NCBI GenBank assembly: GCA_963836235.1
Contig: CAWIIP010000002.1
Coordinates: 1,856,001 to 1,920,000, forward strand
DNA length: 64,000 nt
Direction of reading: 5' to 3'
From: an uncultured Pseudomonadota bacterium
Lineage (GTDB): Bacteria; Oederibacteriota; Muellerivitia; Muellerivitales; Muellerivitaceae
The notes below the pieces were generated by a model. That model had not been told where the DNA came from, did not search any database, and saw only the letters and a list, made by a program, of their open reading frames with translations. Shown here in pieces: positions 1 to 9,118 of the stretch; position 1 is the first letter of the stretch; the number at the start of each line of letters is the position of its first letter. The position numbers and the translations under genes are program-made.

Positions 1-641
1 TTGGTGTCCTCTTTCCAATAACCATAGGAAGAGGGTGTGTCCAATTGAAAGCGGCCCTCCGAACTGCAAGGCGCGTCTAAAAGCACCCGGTCGAATTTCT
101 CGAAGTTGTCCTTCCACACCAGTCCTCCATCGCCCGCGGGCAAGGTTTCCACGCTGGAAGCTCCTTGGGTGTCGGCGTTGGCTTTGAGCTTCTCCAGGCG
201 GATCGGATTGTTGTCATTGGCGAGGATATGCCCTTGGTTTTTCATAAGGGTGGCCAATTGGGTGGTCTTGCTTCCGGGAGCCGCGGTAAGGTCCAAAACC
301 CTTTCGCCCGGCTGGGGTGAAAGGACTAAAGGGGGAATCATGCTGGAAAGGCCTTGCACATAAATTTCGCCTTTTAAGTAAAGATCGGTCTTCTCCAAGT
401 CCTTTTGCTTTCCCTTTCGCAATAGGAAAGCTTCTTTATACCAGGGCACGTTTTCAATCTTGAAACCTTGGGGTTCCAAGCGTTCCTTGAGAGAGCTCGG
501 GAAAGTTTTCAGGCTGTTGACCCGGAAAGTGGCGGGACGTTCCATGGAAAAAGTCTTTAAAACCTTGTCCCATTGGTTGGCTGGAATTAAGCGCCGGAGT
601 TTTTCGAGGAAAGCTTCGGGGAGGTCGCGGCCTTTTACCAT
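1..641 (-). CDS. RsmB/RsmF (NOL1/NOP2/Sun) family RNA m5C methyltransferase, 3'-truncated by window edge
   Basis: Not in the ORF track. Manual translation from ATG at 641: MVKGRDLPEAF...TFRVNSLK...YVQGLSSMIPP...GERVLDLTAAPGSKTTQ...DRVLLDAPCSSEGRF, matching family motifs I and IV. Confidence 0.9.
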   Translation of the reverse strand, partial: MVKGRDLPEAFLEKLRRLIPANQWDKVLKTFSMERPATFRVNSLKTFPSSLKERLEPQGFKIENVPWYKEAFLLRKGKQKDLEKTDLYLKGEIYVQGLSSMIPPLVLSPQPGERVLDLTAAPGSKTTQLATLMKNQGHILANDNNPIRLEKLKANADTQGASSVETLPAGDGGLVWKDNFEKFDRVLLDAPCSSEGRFQLDTPSSYGYWKEDT

Positions 642-1321
642 TCCAGCATCAAGGCTTTGGAAAGGAATTCCATGAGGGGCGCGCCATCGGAACAGGCTCC
701 GACGAATCGGTCCATGAAGCCGGGTGAACAGGCTTCTTTTTCGGTGAATTGGGTGAAGAAGGTAAAGTCCTTGTATTTCAGATATTCGATGAGCTCATGG
801 TTGGGATCGAAACCTTTAGGAGGGCGCTGAAGCTTTTCCCCCTCCAAAGTGCAATGTTTCTTGAAATTTTTATCCGTCAATACCGCTTTCCAGGCCGAAG
901 GATGATGGGCCAAATAGTCCCGGATTTGGGCCAGCGCCGGAGCTTCCGGATGCCAGATGCCGCCTCCTCCAAAAACCTCCCCCGGCTCTAAATGGATGTA
1001 ATAGCCGGGCGAATGCACATCCTTACTCCGGGAAGTTTGGAAGTGGGCGGAAGCCGCGGTTTTATAAGGGGTCTTGTTCTTGGAGAAGCGAGTGTCCCGA
1101 TAAATACGGAACATGGAACCGCCCATGGGGCTGTTATCCACGATCAGGTGCTTGCTGATTTTTCTTAAAGGCGGGCCAAGTTCCCCGATGAAATCCAACA
1201 GGGGATTACGGACAGTCTTTTCGTACCGTTCCTTATTGGCTTGAAACCAAGGACGGTTGTTGTTTAGCTTAAGTTCCTTGAGGAACTTAAAGAAGGATGG
1301 AGAAAAGTAGGATTTATTCAT
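635..1321 (-). CDS. DUF2461 (TIGR02453) family protein
   Basis: Motifs NNNRPWF, FRIYRDTRFSKNKTPYK, YIHLEPG, LQRPPKGF. Confidence 0.9.
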   Translation of the reverse strand: MNKSYFSPSFFKFLKELKLNNNRPWFQANKERYEKTVRNPLLDFIGELGPPLRKISKHLIVDNSPMGGSMFRIYRDTRFSKNKTPYKTAASAHFQTSRSKDVHSPGYYIHLEPGEVFGGGGIWHPEAPALAQIRDYLAHHPSAWKAVLTDKNFKKHCTLEGEKLQRPPKGFDPNHELIEYLKYKDFTFFTQFTEKEACSPGFMDRFVGACSDGAPLMEFLSKALMLEW

Positions 1322-1344
1322 AGTTTGAATTTATGGATTGAAAG

Positions 1345-1554
1345 TTAGGTCATCATTTTTTTGGGACGCACCCAAAGGGCAATCTCGTCCACGGCCCAAA
1401 TCTCATCGGGCATATCCGATTTAATGAAAACCCGGACATATTTTTTATGGTTGGAGAGGGAAGAATTAACTTCCTTGACGTTCAGGACGGTACCCACTTT
1501 TCGAGTCAACAGGTTAAATACCTCATCATTGGCCTCAAAATTAATATCGGACAT
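1345..1554 (-). CDS. hypothetical small protein (possibly SH3-like fold)
   Basis: 69 aa ORF with AAGGGGG Shine-Dalgarno; co-oriented with neighbours. Confidence 0.55.
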   Translation of the reverse strand: MSDINFEANDEVFNLLTRKVGTVLNVKEVNSSLSNHKKYVRVFIKSDMPDEIWAVDEIALWVRPKKMMT

Positions 1555-1628
1555 AAATCCCCCTTGATCTGACCCGAATCTATTTTACCTTTCCCGCTAA
1601 TTTTATAGAAATGAAAAGAGGGGAAAAT

Positions 1629-1663
1629 AAAAAAAGGCCGAAGCTTTCTGGCTTCGGCCTTTT
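1629..1663 (-). terminator. intrinsic terminator downstream of yceI-like gene
   Basis: AAAAGGCCGAAGC-TTTCTG-GCTTCGGCCTTTT hairpin with U-tract on the minus strand. Confidence 0.85.
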
Positions 1664-1675
1664 GGGAAAGTTGTT

Positions 1676-2362
1676 TTAATTCTTGGGAGCGTCGGCGGGT
1701 TTGTCCGCCGGTTTTTCCTTCTTCATCTTATCCATCATTTTCTTCATCGCGTCCAAGCTGGCTTTGTCCATGCCAGCCACATCCAACGTGATATCCACGT
1801 CGTTACTCACCATTAGGTTACCGCTGGCCAGGGTCTTATTCCAAACTAGGCCGAAGTCCCTGCGGTCGATGGTCGTAGTGGCCGAAAAGCCAACAATCTT
1901 AGCCACCATTTTGCCGTCCTTGCCCATGGGCATGGTATCCGCGCCCATGTAATCGACATCCAGTGTCACGGACTTGGTCACGCCATGCATGGTCAGGTCG
2001 CCGACCACTTTATATTTATTGTCGCCGTCGCCTTTGCTGACGCCGGTGCTCTTGAAGGTAATGGTAGGATATTTTTCAGCGTCGAAAAAATCCGGCGATT
2101 GCAGGTGGTGGTCGCGCATCTCGTTGTCGGTGCTGATGCTGGCGGCCTGAATCGTGACGTTGATCTTTCCGGATTCGGGATTGGCGGGATTGAAACTAAA
2201 ACTTCCGCCATAATCCTTAAACTCCCCGGGCACCTTGCTGAGGATATGTTTCACCGAAAATCCGATGTGGGAATGGGCTTTATCAAACCCATATTCAGCG
2301 GCGTTAACGGAAGTGACGGCACAAAAAGCAAAGGCGGCGAACAGCAAAAAATATTTCTTCAT
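1676..2362 (-). CDS. YceI family polyisoprenoid-binding periplasmic protein
   Basis: Signal peptide; DKAHSHIGFSVKH, RDHHLQSPDFFDAEKYPTITFKST, GDLTMHGVTK, IDRRDFG. Confidence 0.95.
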   Translation of the reverse strand: MKKYFLLFAAFAFCAVTSVNAAEYGFDKAHSHIGFSVKHILSKVPGEFKDYGGSFSFNPANPESGKINVTIQAASISTDNEMRDHHLQSPDFFDAEKYPTITFKSTGVSKGDGDNKYKVVGDLTMHGVTKSVTLDVDYMGADTMPMGKDGKMVAKIVGFSATTTIDRRDFGLVWNKTLASGNLMVSNDVDITLDVAGMDKASLDAMKKMMDKMKKEKPADKPADAPKN

Positions 2363-2431
2363 CTTTCTAATTCCTTTCTTGATTTAAATCCGACTTGGTT
2401 TTATATATACGAATGTGCTTACTAAAAGAAA

Positions 2432-2453
2432 GTAGGTACCCGAAGGTAACTAC
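2432..2453. promoter_or_regulatory. imperfect inverted repeat, candidate HxlR-family operator between divergent yceI and hxlR genes
   Basis: GTAGGTACC-CGAA-GGTAACTAC. Confidence 0.45.
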
Positions 2454-2513
2454 CCATGCGGTTTTACCGCTCCTCAACTGCTTCCTTTGGACGTTTGTAT
2501 TGAAAGGAAAGTT

Positions 2514-2909
2514 ATGATCCGCCATCGCGCCAATAAATCAGGACCCCCGCCCGTGGGATGCCCCTTAGAAGCCAGCCTTAAATTGTTAGCCGGGGCTTGG
2601 ACTCCCCAAATCCTTTGGTATTTACGGACCGAACCCCGTCGTTTCGGCGACCTTAAAAGGGATTTGGGAAATATTTCCGCTAAAGTTTTGACCACTCGGT
2701 TGAAAGAGCTGGAAAAAAGGGGAGTTGTCACCCGGGAAGTCAAACATACCTCCCCCCCGACCGTGGAATATGCCTTGACCGATTTGGGGCATAAGCTGAA
2801 TCCAATCCTAAAGACTATCGCCGATGTGGGAACGGAGATTCACCGCCATGTCGTTTCCAAGGAAGCTGTTTCCAAACCCGCTAAAGCCGAGGCACTTTCC
2901 CTGGGCTGA
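2514..2909 (+). CDS. HxlR/DUF24 family winged-helix transcriptional regulator
   Basis: GCPLEASLKLLAGAW...RRFGDLKRDL..ISAKVLTTRLKELE..GVV.R......PP.VEYALT; redox Cys near the N-terminus. Confidence 0.92.
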   Translation: MIRHRANKSGPPPVGCPLEASLKLLAGAWTPQILWYLRTEPRRFGDLKRDLGNISAKVLTTRLKELEKRGVVTREVKHTSPPTVEYALTDLGHKLNPILKTIADVGTEIHRHVVSKEAVSKPAKAEALSLG

Positions 2910-2964
2910 CTTTAGATTTGGAGTGTAGTTTTTTTAGCCAACGACCTGGTTTTCGAGGTTGGAG

Positions 2965-3318
2965 TTAAACCGCCCGAGCTAGGTAGGTTTTTAAGAATTC
3001 CCTGTCTTCCTCGGGCATGAGCATGAAGTGGAGGCCAACTCCAAGTCCGTTCATCCAAACCACTTCGCCGTAAGCGAACAAACGGCTAAGGGTTTCAGGC
3101 AGGGAAATATCAAGCCGGAATATTTCTCCGATTTTAACATCACTATCCCGGGCGATTTTAATATACATCCCCTCCTGGCTCAGGTCCTTCGCCAAGGCGA
3201 CATTGCTCCGGAACCTTTCCACCGCTTTCGGCCTGTCGAGTAAGCGGTATTGGACAGGAAGCTTCACGGGGATGCGGGTGTGGATTCGTTGTTCCAGATC
3301 GGAATCGTGATTCATCAT
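2965..3318 (-). CDS. PilZ domain protein
   Basis: EQRIHTRIP (RxxxR) and DLSQEG (D/NxSxxG); GEVVW...GVGLHF. Confidence 0.88.
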   Translation of the reverse strand: MMNHDSDLEQRIHTRIPVKLPVQYRLLDRPKAVERFRSNVALAKDLSQEGMYIKIARDSDVKIGEIFRLDISLPETLSRLFAYGEVVWMNGLGVGLHFMLMPEEDREFLKTYLARAV

Positions 3319-3519
3319 TAGCGTATCCTTTTCGAAAAGAGGACTCTGTTGGAACCTATTGGGTGGAATGTTATTTCACGAAGAGGGGGAGTGAAAGTAA
3401 AGAAGCGGTAAAAAGAGAATTTAACATTATTTTCTGAGTTTTTGGGATCATGCCCGGTTTTGAAAAAAATCGCGGCGTCATCAACTACCCATCTATTAGC
3501 CGATTAAAGGAACTATCAG

Positions 3520-4560
3520 TTAGTTTATTCGGCGCGATTCTTCGGGTATGACTTTTAAATCGAGCTTGACTGATTTTCGGACAATGGAAAGGGAGGAGAT
3601 GGTTCCCAATTGTTCGTCGCTTAGGAGCCGGTGCAAGTCATCCATGCTTTCCACAGGGTGTCCCTCGAATTCCACAATGACGTCCCTCTCCATGAGACCG
3701 GCTCTTTGGGCAGGGCTTGGTTCCTCCACCGCTACGATTAAAACGCCTTTTTCCGCGGGCAAGTCGAAATGCCGGACGATCTTCCGGGGAATGTCAATGT
3801 TCTGACCTCCGATGCCTATAAAACTGCGGCGGACCTTGCCGTATTTCATGATTTGCATCGCCACTCTTTTGGCGGTATCGATGGCAATGGCAAAGCAAAG
3901 GCCTTGGGCCGATGGAATGGTGGCGGTATTCACCCCCACGACTTCGCCCCGGGAGTTCACCAATGGGCCACCCGAGTTGCCGGGATTCAAGGCCGCGTCG
4001 GTTTGAATGATGTTGTCGATGAGCCGGCCCGATTGGGACCGCAAGGAACGCCCGAGGGCGGAAACCACTCCCGCGGTCACCGTGGTCTGGAAACCTAAGG
4101 GGCTTCCAATGGCCACCACCAGCTGGCCGGGCCTTAAGGGTTGGGAAGAACCCAGGGCGGCAGGCCGGAAGCCGGAGGCGTCGTCCACGCGGATGACCGC
4201 CAGGTCCGAATCCGGGTCTTCCCCAATCAAGCGGCCATGGTGGGATTGGCCGTCCAATAAAGTGACTTCCATGTCCTGGGCGCCGTGTACCACATGGCTG
4301 TTGGTCAGGATAAAACCGTCAGGAGTAAAAAAGAATCCCGAACCACTTCCCGCTTTATGAAGGGTGGTATCCGATGGACGCCACCGGCCGCCCTTTTGGA
4401 ACACGTCGATATTCACAACCGAGGGCGACACCTTTTCCGAGGCATAGATAACCGCGCTGGAGTAGGCGTCCAACAGCCCTTCGTTGTCGTAGGGGGCTAG
4501 TTCGCTTCGCGCGCGCTGAACCGGCAAGTTTTCATCCGAGAGTATTCGGTGAGGTTTCAT
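3520..4560 (-). CDS. HtrA/DegP-like trypsin serine protease with one PDZ domain
   Basis: TNSHVV, DLAV, QTDAALNPGNSGGPL triad; C-terminal PDZ; no obvious signal peptide. Confidence 0.95.
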   Translation of the reverse strand: MKPHRILSDENLPVQRARSELAPYDNEGLLDAYSSAVIYASEKVSPSVVNIDVFQKGGRWRPSDTTLHKAGSGSGFFFTPDGFILTNSHVVHGAQDMEVTLLDGQSHHGRLIGEDPDSDLAVIRVDDASGFRPAALGSSQPLRPGQLVVAIGSPLGFQTTVTAGVVSALGRSLRSQSGRLIDNIIQTDAALNPGNSGGPLVNSRGEVVGVNTATIPSAQGLCFAIAIDTAKRVAMQIMKYGKVRRSFIGIGGQNIDIPRKIVRHFDLPAEKGVLIVAVEEPSPAQRAGLMERDVIVEFEGHPVESMDDLHRLLSDEQLGTISSLSIVRKSVKLDLKVIPEESRRIN

Positions 4561-4717
4561 GGAAGGCTCCTTGTCCCCTTAACAATTGGAAACAAGACCC
4601 CTAATTATCAAGGGAGAAACAAAAGTTTTTAAAAAAGGGACGAATTGGTCTTCCGCCGGAAGGGGGAGGGAAAGTTGTGGTTGATTCAACCCGGAAAGAC
4701 GGTTAGCTTGATGTCCT

Positions 4718-5464
4718 ATGAACCCGGCATTCTCCTATATGATATTGAGCGTGGTGGTGGTCAGCCTGCTCTCGTTGATTGGTATTTCACTTTTATCTTT
4801 AAGCCACGAGTCTTTTCATAAGATTGTTTTTGGCCTGGTCGCCCTAGCCGTGGGCGCCCTCTTTGGGGATAGCTTTTTGCACCTTTTGCCGGAAGCTTAT
4901 AAAGACCCATCCCGCGCCAATACCGCGTCACTTTTCGTGATGGCCGGAATTCTGCTTTTTTTCGTCCTGGAAAATTTCTTGCATTGGCGGCACCAGCATT
5001 CGGACGAGCATGAAACCATCGCGCCCTATGGATACCTGAATATTTTGGCCGACATGACCCATAATTTTATCGACGGGCTTATCATCGGCGCCTCCTATTT
5101 GGTTGGGACCAAAATGGGGATCGCCACCACCTTGGCCGTCATGCTTCACGAAATCCCCCATGAGTTCAGTAATTTTGGAATTCTGGTTCAATCCGGGTTT
5201 ACCCGTTGGCGGGCTCTTTTCCTCAATTTTCTTACGGCTTTAACCGCCATGGCCGGGGGGCTCATCGCCTGGTGGGTAGGGGGACAGACCGTGGATTTCA
5301 TCCGGCTTTTGATCCCATTGACCGCCGGTGGATTTATTTATATCGCGGGGTCGGACCTCGTTCCCCAACTCCATAAAGAGGTCAGAACTTTCCGGGCTTT
5401 ATTTCAGATTCTTGCCATTATTTCGGGGGCCGGATTAATGTTTCTGTTAAAGCTGTTGGAATAA
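4718..5464 (+). CDS. ZIP family metal transporter
   Basis: HNFIDG, HEIPHE motifs; His-rich loop HWRHQH. Confidence 0.95.
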   Translation: MNPAFSYMILSVVVVSLLSLIGISLLSLSHESFHKIVFGLVALAVGALFGDSFLHLLPEAYKDPSRANTASLFVMAGILLFFVLENFLHWRHQHSDEHETIAPYGYLNILADMTHNFIDGLIIGASYLVGTKMGIATTLAVMLHEIPHEFSNFGILVQSGFTRWRALFLNFLTALTAMAGGLIAWWVGGQTVDFIRLLIPLTAGGFIYIAGSDLVPQLHKEVRTFRALFQILAIISGAGLMFLLKLLE

Positions 5465-5624
5465 TTTTTTAGGACCGGTCTCCGAGAGCTTTTGTTTCAC
5501 GAAAAAAACTTTAAAATATTAGGAATGTATCCAATGGTTTTAACGTTTGGGCGGTGAAATAAACAGGACACCAAAAGGCGAAGGCCAAAAGCAGGGAAAT
5601 CAACATTTTTTGCTATGGTTCTTT

Positions 5625-5640
5625 TGTGATCTATCTCATA
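5625..5640. promoter_or_regulatory. CRP/FNR-like box upstream of cox operon
   Basis: TGTGA-TCTATC-TCATA, one mismatch to TGTGA-N6-TCACA. Confidence 0.45.
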
Positions 5641-5779
5641 AAATAACCCGGTTTCTTTCCAGGGTCTTTCGCGGTGATGCAACTTCGTGGAGGTCTTGAG
5701 GACCTCGTTTGATTTCAACGCCTACCGCGGTCAGATTGCCGAGACCTGCTTCCGTTTAATTTATTGAAAGGAAAATTTC

Positions 5780-6465
5780 ATGCTCGATACCCTTCCTCAA
5801 GCCATCTCGTCCTTCGCCCCCTCGATCGACCAGATGCTTTACTTGATTTACTACATCACCGGAGCTTTCTTTATTGGGATGGAAGGTTACCTCATTTACT
5901 TGGTGGTTCGTTACCGCCAAAAAAAGGGAACGGTTGCTAAATATGAACCCGGCAACACTTGGGCCCAAATCCAATGGATCATTGTTTTCTCAGTTGTCAT
6001 TCTTGCCCTGGACCTGAGCATCGACATCAAGGGGGGAAAACCTGGGCCCAGGTTAAGGAAGACATGCCCACCACCGATTTGACGGTCAAGGTGCAAGCCA
6101 AACAATTCGACTGGACCTTCTTTTATCCGGACAAGGACGGGAAGTTCGACACGCCGGGGGCCATTTCCTCCTACCGGGAACTTCACGTTCCGGTCGGAAA
6201 GAAAATCCACGTGATCATGACGTCCCTTGACGTCATCCATGATTTCTTCATGCCGGAAGTACGGTTGAAACAGGACGTCATGCCCCAACGGGAAATCAAC
6301 GAGTGGTTCGACACGACGCAAACCGGGACCTTCCATATTGTTTGCGACGAGCTTTGCGGTTTCGGCCATACCCGCATGACGGGGGTCCTTCAAGTGGATG
6401 ACCAGAAAACTTTCGACGATTGGCTGGCCCAGAAAGACAAAGAACAGCATGGAGGTCAACAATGA
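5780..6465 (+). CDS. coxB: cytochrome c oxidase subunit II, split by a -1 frameshift at about 6034-6040
   Basis: Two TM helices in ORF 5780-6082; CuA domain (QFDW, DVIHDF, CDELCGFGHTRM) in the -1 frame ORF ending 6465; junction GGGGGGAAAA. Confidence 0.9.
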
Positions 6466-8153
6466 CGCAGGAACATGGCGAACACCACGATAGCCACGAG
6501 CATAAGCGGAGTTTCATCAGTCATTATATTTTCTCCACTGATCACAAAATGATCGGAAAGCAGTTTCTTCTGCTTTCCATCGTCATGGCTTGTTTCGGGG
6601 GATTCATGGCTTACTTGATCCGGTGGGAAGTGGCTTATCCCAACGTCCCGGCACCCTTTTTCGGGCTTGTCACCCCAGACAAATTCAACGCCATCATCAC
6701 CCTCCACGGAACCATCATGATCTTTTTCGTGGGAATGCCCTTCCTGGCGGCTTTTCCTTCGAACTTCCTAATTCCCTTGATGATCGGGGCGAGGGACATG
6801 GCTTTCCCGAAGCTGAACATGGCTTCCTTCTGGCTGACTTTTGCGGGTGCGGCCAGCCTGATTTCCTCCTTGTTCGTTCCCGGAGGCCCGGTTGCGGGCG
6901 GTTGGGTCGGCTATCCGCCCCTTTCCGCCAGCTCGGAATTCACGGGTGTGAAGATTGGCGCAGTGCTTTGGCTCTTGGCCCTTGCGTGCGCCTTTTTTTC
7001 ATCGAGCTTAGGCGGGTTGAATTATCTGGTGACCGCCATCACCTTACGGGCTCCTGGCATGACCTATTCCCGTTTTCCCATGACGGTTTGGTTTCTTCTA
7101 GCCTCCGCCGTGACCTTCTTCTTTTCGGTCGGACCCCTTATCGCGGGCGCTTTCATGCTCATGATGGACAACGTCTTCGGAACGGGTTTTTTCCTTCCGG
7201 CCAAGGGGGGTGAGCCTATGTTGTGGGAACATCTTTTTTGGTTCTTCGGGCATCCAGAAGTCTACGTTCTTTTCTTTCCAGCGCTGGGGATGGGGCTGGA
7301 CATTCTTTCCACCTTTACCCGTAAGCCCATTTTTGGCTACAAGCTCATCCTTTGGAGCACTGTCTCAGCCATCCTCTTGAGCTTCATCGTTTGGGCCCAT
7401 CACATGTTCATGTCCGGTTTGAATCCGGTATTGGCCACGCCTTTCTCCATCACCACCATCCTCATTTCTATTCCCTTCGCCATCATTATTTTCTGCATGC
7501 TGGCCACGCTTCGTCATGGGTCGATCCGCCTGGAACTGCCCATGCTTTGGATGCTGGGTTTCTTGTCGACTTTCCTCATTGGGGGATTGACGGGAATCTT
7601 CCTGGGCTCGGCCACCGCCGATATTTATTTACACGGCACCTATTTCGTGGTGGCCCACTTCCACTACACCTTATTTCCCTCGGTCTTTTTCGGTGGTTTT
7701 TCCGCCGTTTATTATTGGTTCCCGAAAATGTATGGCCGCAAGTTGAACGACAAGTTGGGGCTCCTACACTTAGTTTTGACCTTCATTTTCTTCAATGGAA
7801 CCTTTTGGCCCCTCTTTCGGGTTGGCATGGGCGGAATGATCCGCCGTATCGCCGATCCCTCCTTCTATCCTCAGTACCACCAATTCGCGGGCTGGAATAT
7901 TTTTGCCACCATATCCGCCCTCTGCCTGATCGCCACCCAGACCATTTTCCTTTGGAACTTGATCTTGAGCATGAAACACGGTCCGTTGGCAGGAAAGAAT
8001 CCTTACGAAGCTAATACCTTGGAATGGCTGGCCGATTCGCCTCCCCCCCACGGCAATTGGGGCCCCACCCTGCCAGTGGTCACCAGCGGCCCTTATGAAT
8101 ACAGCAAACCCGGGGAAGCCACTGATTGGCATCCTCAGGCCCAAAACATTTAA
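6462..8153 (+). CDS. coxA: cytochrome c oxidase subunit I, A1-type signature
   Basis: TDHKMIG, LHGTIM, IGARDMAFPKLN, WFFGHPEVY, WAHHM, AHFHY, GMIRR; ATGA overlap with coxB stop. Confidence 0.96.
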   Translation: MTQEHGEHHDSHEHKRSFISHYIFSTDHKMIGKQFLLLSIVMACFGGFMAYLIRWEVAYPNVPAPFFGLVTPDKFNAIITLHGTIMIFFVGMPFLAAFPSNFLIPLMIGARDMAFPKLNMASFWLTFAGAASLISSLFVPGGPVAGGWVGYPPLSASSEFTGVKIGAVLWLLALACAFFSSSLGGLNYLVTAITLRAPGMTYSRFPMTVWFLLASAVTFFFSVGPLIAGAFMLMMDNVFGTGFFLPAKGGEPMLWEHLFWFFGHPEVYVLFFPALGMGLDILSTFTRKPIFGYKLILWSTVSAILLSFIVWAHHMFMSGLNPVLATPFSITTILISIPFAIIIFCMLATLRHGSIRLELPMLWMLGFLSTFLIGGLTGIFLGSATADIYLHGTYFVVAHFHYTLFPSVFFGGFSAVYYWFPKMYGRKLNDKLGLLHLVLTFIFFNGTFWPLFRVGMGGMIRRIADPSFYPQYHQFAGWNIFATISALCLIATQTIFLWNLILSMKHGPLAGKNPYEANTLEWLADSPPPHGNWGPTLPVVTSGPYEYSKPGEATDWHPQAQNI

Positions 8154-8171
8154 TTCAATAAGGAGAAGATA

Positions 8172-8798
8172 ATGGATAACAGCGCCGGAATCTCCCTGAC
8201 TCCTGTTCACGCCTTGGATGAAGGTCCTTGCGGTCACAATTCCTCACCCGCGGGGCTAACGGCAGGCCGTTTGGGCGTGTGGGCTTTGATTTCCTCCGAA
8301 ATTGTCCTCTTCGCGGGCCTCTTCGGTTCTTTTATCCTGATGCGGATGATCCATCCCGAATGGGCGGAGGAAGCCCGGCATCTGAACTTGGCCGCCGGTA
8401 CGCTTAATTCTCTGGTTCTTTTGGTGAGCAATTTTTTCATGATGAAGGCTTCGACTTCCGTAAAAGAAGGCCGTGCGGATGACGTGAAGAAATTCCTGTT
8501 TTTGACCATTTTCATGGGGATCGTCTTCCTTGGAGTCAAGGCTTATGAATACACCAATGAATTTGCCCATGGGGAATTTCCCTCCAGTCTGGGCTTCTGG
8601 TCCTTCTACTTCCTGATGACCGGAATTCACGCTACTCATATCATCGGCGGCCTCGTGGCCCTGGGAATCCTTTGGGTCAAGGCCATGAAAGGTACCCTGG
8701 GATCCATGCAGGGCCGGGTGGCCCTAACTGGAATCTATTGGTCTTTCGTTGAAGTGGTCTGGATTTTCCTATTTCCCATGCTTTATCTTTTGGCTTAA
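8172..8798 (+). CDS. heme-copper oxidase subunit III (copy 1)
   Basis: LGVWALISSEIVLF, NSLVLLVS, FYFLMTGIHATHII, YWSFVEVVW. Confidence 0.92.
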   Translation: MDNSAGISLTPVHALDEGPCGHNSSPAGLTAGRLGVWALISSEIVLFAGLFGSFILMRMIHPEWAEEARHLNLAAGTLNSLVLLVSNFFMMKASTSVKEGRADDVKKFLFLTIFMGIVFLGVKAYEYTNEFAHGEFPSSLGFWSFYFLMTGIHATHIIGGLVALGILWVKAMKGTLGSMQGRVALTGIYWSFVEVVWIFLFPMLYLLA

Positions 8799-8814
8799 CT
8801 CAAGGAGGAATCAA

Positions 8815-9117
8815 ATGAACTCAAAAACATCTTCCAACAATCATACGGCCATCTTTTCGGCCCTGGTGGTCATGGCCCTCTGTGCGGTGGGAATCAGCTT
8901 TTTACACCTGCCCATCGTTCCCAATAACCTGGCTATTTTCGCGGTCGCGATCGTGATGGCGGGGTTAGTTTTCTTCCAATATATGGATCTAAAATCGGAA
9001 GGAAAGCTTATCTATTGGATTATGGTCATCCCCTTCGTTTTGTTCGGCATCTTGTTCGTTCTTTTCATTCCCGACGTCTGCCACTATTCCATCGATTTCC
9101 TCAAAAGGTACTTCTAA
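8815..9117 (+). CDS. cytochrome c oxidase subunit IV (Caa3-type, 3 TM)
   Basis: Small 3-TM protein, FQYMDLKSE (cf. FMHLK); strong AGGAGG SD; operon position. Confidence 0.8.
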   Translation: MNSKTSSNNHTAIFSALVVMALCAVGISFLHLPIVPNNLAIFAVAIVMAGLVFFQYMDLKSEGKLIYWIMVIPFVLFGILFVLFIPDVCHYSIDFLKRYF

Positions 9118-9118
9118 A

